In this document: piece after piece, positions 60,394 to 64,000 of the stretch
Layout of the letters: every line of letters starts with the position of its first letter
Numbering within the stretch: the first letter of the stretch is position 1
Origin: Methanomicrobiales archaeon
Lineage (GTDB): Archaea; Halobacteriota; Methanomicrobia; Methanomicrobiales; Methanospirillaceae
Length of the DNA: 64,000 bases
Direction of reading: 5' to 3'
Assembly (NCBI GenBank): GCA_037137755.1
Contig: JBAXJR010000004.1
Coordinates: 1-64,000 of the forward strand
Made by a program: the position numbers and the translations under genes
Notes under the pieces: model-generated
Databases searched by the model: none
Seen by the model: only the letters and a program-made list of their open reading frames with translations
Told to the model about the DNA's origin: nothing

Positions 60394-61566
60394 ATGAAAA
60401 TAGACGCCCGCGTTCAGAAAGTAGTAATCCTTGGCCCCTCCCTAAGATTTCTCTCCGGTATCAGCTATGTTACCCTGCTTCTTTCGAATTCTCTGGCAGA
60501 TTATTTTAGCGTTACTGCGCTATTGTTCCGGAATATGCTCCCGAAAAAACTTTTCCCGGGATATAAAAGGGTTGGAGAAACCCTGGCAGATTGTAGTTAC
60601 CGGCAAGATATAACTGTGGTTGAGTTGCTCGACTGGTATAATCCCCTTACATGGGTACAGGCCTCAAAATATATTCGCCGGGGTGACGTGATTATTTTCC
60701 AGTGGTGGACCTCAAGTGTTGCTCACATGTATCTTGCAATTGCGCTCATGAATATGAAGAAAAAGCCGATAGTAATCGAATTTCACGAGATAGTTGATCC
60801 TCTGGAACACGGCTTTTTTGTTCTTCGCCTTTATTCAAAAATTATGGGGACCCTGATACGGCGTCTGGCAACATTTTATATTGTACATTCAGAGATCGAT
60901 CGACAATTAATCAGTTCACATTATGAGATAGATCTCAGCAGAGTCCGGGTAATCCCGATTGGACTTTTTGATCAATATAAGAAAATTGACAGGGGCCTGG
61001 CAAAAGACCATCTTGGGATCAGGGAACCAAATGTTATTCTCTTCTTTGGACTGGTTCGTCCCTATAAAGGTGTTAAATATCTGGTCGAAGCCTTCGAAAG
61101 GCTTCCACCCGGTTTCATCCAGGAATCACGCCTGTTAATAGTCGGGGAAGCATGGGAAGATAAGGAATTGGGGAAAATCATCGAGAGATCCCCTGTTAGA
61201 TCTCATATCTCCCTTATTGATCGATATATTGGGGACTCCGAAATCCCACTTTATTTTTCTGCAGCGGATGCACTGGTAATGCCCTATATTAGGGCTTCCC
61301 AGAGTGGAGTTGCCCATATTGGTATGGAATTTGGAATTCCAATCATTGCAACGCGGGTTGGTGGGCTTGAGGAGAGCCTTGGGAAGTATGAAGGAACATA
61401 TTTTATCAATCCTATGGATCCCGATGAACTCGCAAGGGTTATCGAGCAAACATTATCAGACAAAAAACTATTCGAGCCGCCGGGAGAATTGAGATGGGAT
61501 GTGATTGCAGGACAATGGAACGATCTTATCAAAAACCTCCAAAGCGATAAATATCGGGAAGAATGA
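60394..61566 (+). CDS. GT4-family glycosyltransferase
   Basis: FFGLVRPYKG, PYIRASQSGV, ATRVGGL. Confidence 0.9.
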   Translation: MKIDARVQKVVILGPSLRFLSGISYVTLLLSNSLADYFSVTALLFRNMLPKKLFPGYKRVGETLADCSYRQDITVVELLDWYNPLTWVQASKYIRRGDVIIFQWWTSSVAHMYLAIALMNMKKKPIVIEFHEIVDPLEHGFFVLRLYSKIMGTLIRRLATFYIVHSEIDRQLISSHYEIDLSRVRVIPIGLFDQYKKIDRGLAKDHLGIREPNVILFFGLVRPYKGVKYLVEAFERLPPGFIQESRLLIVGEAWEDKELGKIIERSPVRSHISLIDRYIGDSEIPLYFSAADALVMPYIRASQSGVAHIGMEFGIPIIATRVGGLEESLGKYEGTYFINPMDPDELARVIEQTLSDKKLFEPPGELRWDVIAGQWNDLIKNLQSDKYREE

Positions 61567-61946
61567 AAACACTGCGATAATCGGTATCGAGGCCGGGGAT
61601 AAAAAGATCTCCAGATGCTACTTGTGTTGGATGGCTGACAATTATTCAAATTCATTGTTTCGATTGTTCATTTTTACAAATGAATGCTCGAATCAGACAA
61701 AAATGTCTGATTATCCTGAATTTTTAAAAACCATTACCCGGTTTGCTGTATTTTATCGTAGGCACATTTTGGTAACGCGATCCTGGCAAATTCTGTAAAT
61801 TAAACCGCCACAAAATCTTATCTCCCCTCTTCCACAGGTCGTATGTTAAAAATAATATTTTTTTGAATTGCTTACTGACGAAGGTAAGTGATATCATGCA
61901 ACATTTGATATTGGGGTTGTATAACACCTTATCAGGTGATCGCACA

Positions 61947-62240
61947 ATGGTTGGAGGAGTAATAGAGGCAGGGATGCGGGTCCGTTATACAGGGACAGGG
62001 ACCACGGGGACCATAGTCAGGTTCGAACGACAGGAGGGAAAAGAATTTGCAGAACTCGATTCAACACACCTCCTTTACCTGACTGACAAACTAGTCCCGG
62101 CGGAGGCTGGAACTGAAAAGAAATACCAGAAAAAGGAAGATATTAAGAAAACAATTGAAGAAGAAAGAGAGTTTATTTCAGGCTCTGCATTCCAGGAATC
62201 CCTCAAAAATATTGACCAGAGCTGCGAAGGCGGCGGGTAA
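61947..62240 (+). CDS. DUF2098-like methanogen protein
   Basis: VRYTGTGTTG, LDSTHLLY, C-terminal CEGGG; GGTGA Shine-Dalgarno before ATG 61947. Confidence 0.75.
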   Translation: MVGGVIEAGMRVRYTGTGTTGTIVRFERQEGKEFAELDSTHLLYLTDKLVPAEAGTEKKYQKKEDIKKTIEEEREFISGSAFQESLKNIDQSCEGGG

Positions 62241-62498
62241 TATTATTTTTAGGTTTTTCCATCCCGGACAACCCCTTGCCTGTAGTCTGGACACTTCAGT
62301 TGATTTTTCTCTCTTCTGAACTTTCCGGTGGGATGATCACTAGTAACCCGCAATTTGTAAATCAGGATTGATTCGGACAAATCCGGCAGGAATAACGTGA
62401 ATTTTTTTGTCTTCCGAAAGCGCCTAAAAAACGAATTGGTTTTACTGATTACGTATAAGTAGGATCATTATATATTCAATAGGGAGGTTTGATCACAT

Positions 62499-63734
62499 TT
62501 GCGTGATGTAACAATTCCAAGTGTCAACATAGGGGTTGTCGGACATGTGGACCATGGAAAGACAACTCTGGTGTACGGGCTAACTGACACCTGGACGGAT
62601 CGGCATAGCGAAGAAATTAAGCGCGGTATCTCGATCCGTCTCGGATATGCAGATGTGACGTTCTATAAATGTCCCGGTTGCGAAGGGCCGGACGCATTTT
62701 CTCCAAAGCCGGTATGTACGGTATGCGGGTCTAAAGCGGTACCATTCCGCTCTGTTTCGTTTGTCGATGCACCGGGCCATGAGACCCTGATGGCGACCAT
62801 GCTTTCCGGGTCAGCACTGATGGATGGTGCAATGCTCGTTATTGCTGCAAACGAGGTATGCCCGCAGCCACAGACGAAAGAGCACCTCATGGCGCTTGAG
62901 CTGGTGGGAATTAAGAACATAGTCATAGTCCAGAACAAGATCGATGTGGTCAGTGCCAAAGAGGCAAGGGCCCATTATGACCAGATAAAAAAATTCATCA
63001 AGGGTACAATCGCTGAAAATGCCCCCATCATTCCTGTATCTGCCCAGAAAGGCATTAACATCGGGGCACTAGTTGAAGCGCTGGACCAGACCATTCCCGA
63101 ACCGGATCGTGACCCCGAAGCAAAGCCGATGATGCTGATTGCACGGTCCTTTGATATAAATAAACCCGGGTGTAACTGGAAAGAAGTAAAGGGCGGGGTT
63201 ATCGGGGGTTCACTTATCCGAGGTGAATTCAAGGAGGGTGATGATATCGAAATCCGCCCCGGCCGGCAGAAACAGGTCGAGAACCGGATACGATGGGACC
63301 CGATTGAAACAAAAATCACCTCGATTAACGCCGGCTCAAAGAAAGTGCTGGAGGCATCCCCCGGCGGGCTTCTCGGAATTGCCACCAAGTTAGACCCTGC
63401 CCTTACGAAAAGCGATGCGCTTGCAGGACAGGTCGCAGGTCATGTGGGTTCACTGCCCCCGGTCTGGGATAAATTAAAATTCCGGGTTATGCTAATGGAG
63501 CGTGTTGTAGGGGCATCGAACGAGTTAACGATTGAACCATTAAAGCACAACGAACCACTGATGCTATCAGTTGGAACTGCTGTGACCGTCGGTGTCGTGA
63601 CCAATACCAAGAAAGACGCGGTTGAAGTGACCCTGAAGAGGCCCGTATGTGCAGAGCTGGGTGGAAGAATTGCGATTAGCCGGCAGGTGGGGGCAAGATG
63701 GCGGTTGATCGGGATGGGAATCCTCACCGAGTGA
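62499..63734 (+). CDS. eif2g: Translation initiation factor aIF2 gamma
   Basis: GHVDHGKTT, RGISIRLGY, DAPGHE, QNKID; TTG start after GGAGG. Confidence 0.97.
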   Translation: MRDVTIPSVNIGVVGHVDHGKTTLVYGLTDTWTDRHSEEIKRGISIRLGYADVTFYKCPGCEGPDAFSPKPVCTVCGSKAVPFRSVSFVDAPGHETLMATMLSGSALMDGAMLVIAANEVCPQPQTKEHLMALELVGIKNIVIVQNKIDVVSAKEARAHYDQIKKFIKGTIAENAPIIPVSAQKGINIGALVEALDQTIPEPDRDPEAKPMMLIARSFDINKPGCNWKEVKGGVIGGSLIRGEFKEGDDIEIRPGRQKQVENRIRWDPIETKITSINAGSKKVLEASPGGLLGIATKLDPALTKSDALAGQVAGHVGSLPPVWDKLKFRVMLMERVVGASNELTIEPLKHNEPLMLSVGTAVTVGVVTNTKKDAVEVTLKRPVCAELGGRIAISRQVGARWRLIGMGILTE

Positions 63735-64000
63735 CCGTCCTCCTGGATACCAATGCGCTTATGATGCCATCGCAGTTCAGGATAGACCTCTTTGAAGAGC
63801 TAAGGGATCTCCTTGGCTCCTATGAACCGGTTGTCCTTGCCGAAGTGGTGGAGGAACTGAAGCGCCTGTCCGCAGGACATGGAAGAGATGCCGCGGCTGC
63901 AAGGCTGGGCCTCGAAATGTCCCGGAAGTGCACTATCGTGGAGAGTGGTTCAGGCGAAGGTACCGTGGATGAACGGATTTCAGGTTATGCCGGACAACAC
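63731..64000 (+). CDS. PIN-domain protein (Fcf1/Utp24-like), runs off the window end
   Basis: Manual translation from GTG 63731 (GTGA overlap): MTVLLDTNALMMPSQFRIDLFEELRDLLG; usual neighbour of eif2g. Confidence 0.85.
   Translation, partial: MTVLLDTNALMMPSQFRIDLFEELRDLLGSYEPVVLAEVVEELKRLSAGHGRDAAAARLGLEMSRKCTIVESGSGEGTVDERISGYAGQH

Noticed and set aside
62259-62335. Possible structured RNA upstream of eif2g (CATCCC...GGGATG)
   Set aside because: Pairing is short and interrupted; no tRNA or known ncRNA features.

Overview
Chromosomal window from a methanogenic archaeon. Gene content (thermosome, tiaS, RPA pair, aIF2-gamma, CTP-dependent RibK, RibL, archaeal mevalonate genes) and gene order point to Methanomicrobiales; this is inferred, not searched. 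From about 13.5 kb to 64 kb it is mostly housekeeping: hisG, sod, hmgA/thiolase/HMG-CoA synthase/DUF35, ribK-ribB, recQ, rpa, pyrF, dys, tiaS, thermosome, a por-like operon, truA, a two-component pair, MrfAB-like helicase/exonuclease, an orphan DNA methyltransferase, minimal sufC-sufB, pcm and eif2g. The first ~13 kb is accessory and holds the two most notable structures. (1) Five class III signal-peptide (pilin-like) genes sit divergent from a 1107-aa Ig-like/vWA secreted protein. (2) Four direct copies of a GNAT acetyltransferase gene (three of ~450 bp, the last 5'-truncated to ~340 bp; one intact, three progressively broken) alternate with three unrelated toxin-antitoxin modules (HicBA plus an extra HicB, MNT-HEPN, DUF2281-PIN), like a repeat-delimited cassette array with no integrase in view. 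Other points: a probable CTG start for ribL and a stand-alone glycyl-radical/Zn-ribbon protein. No rRNA, tRNA, CRISPR array or transposase was recognised. Family assignments come from motif recognition by eye, with no database search.
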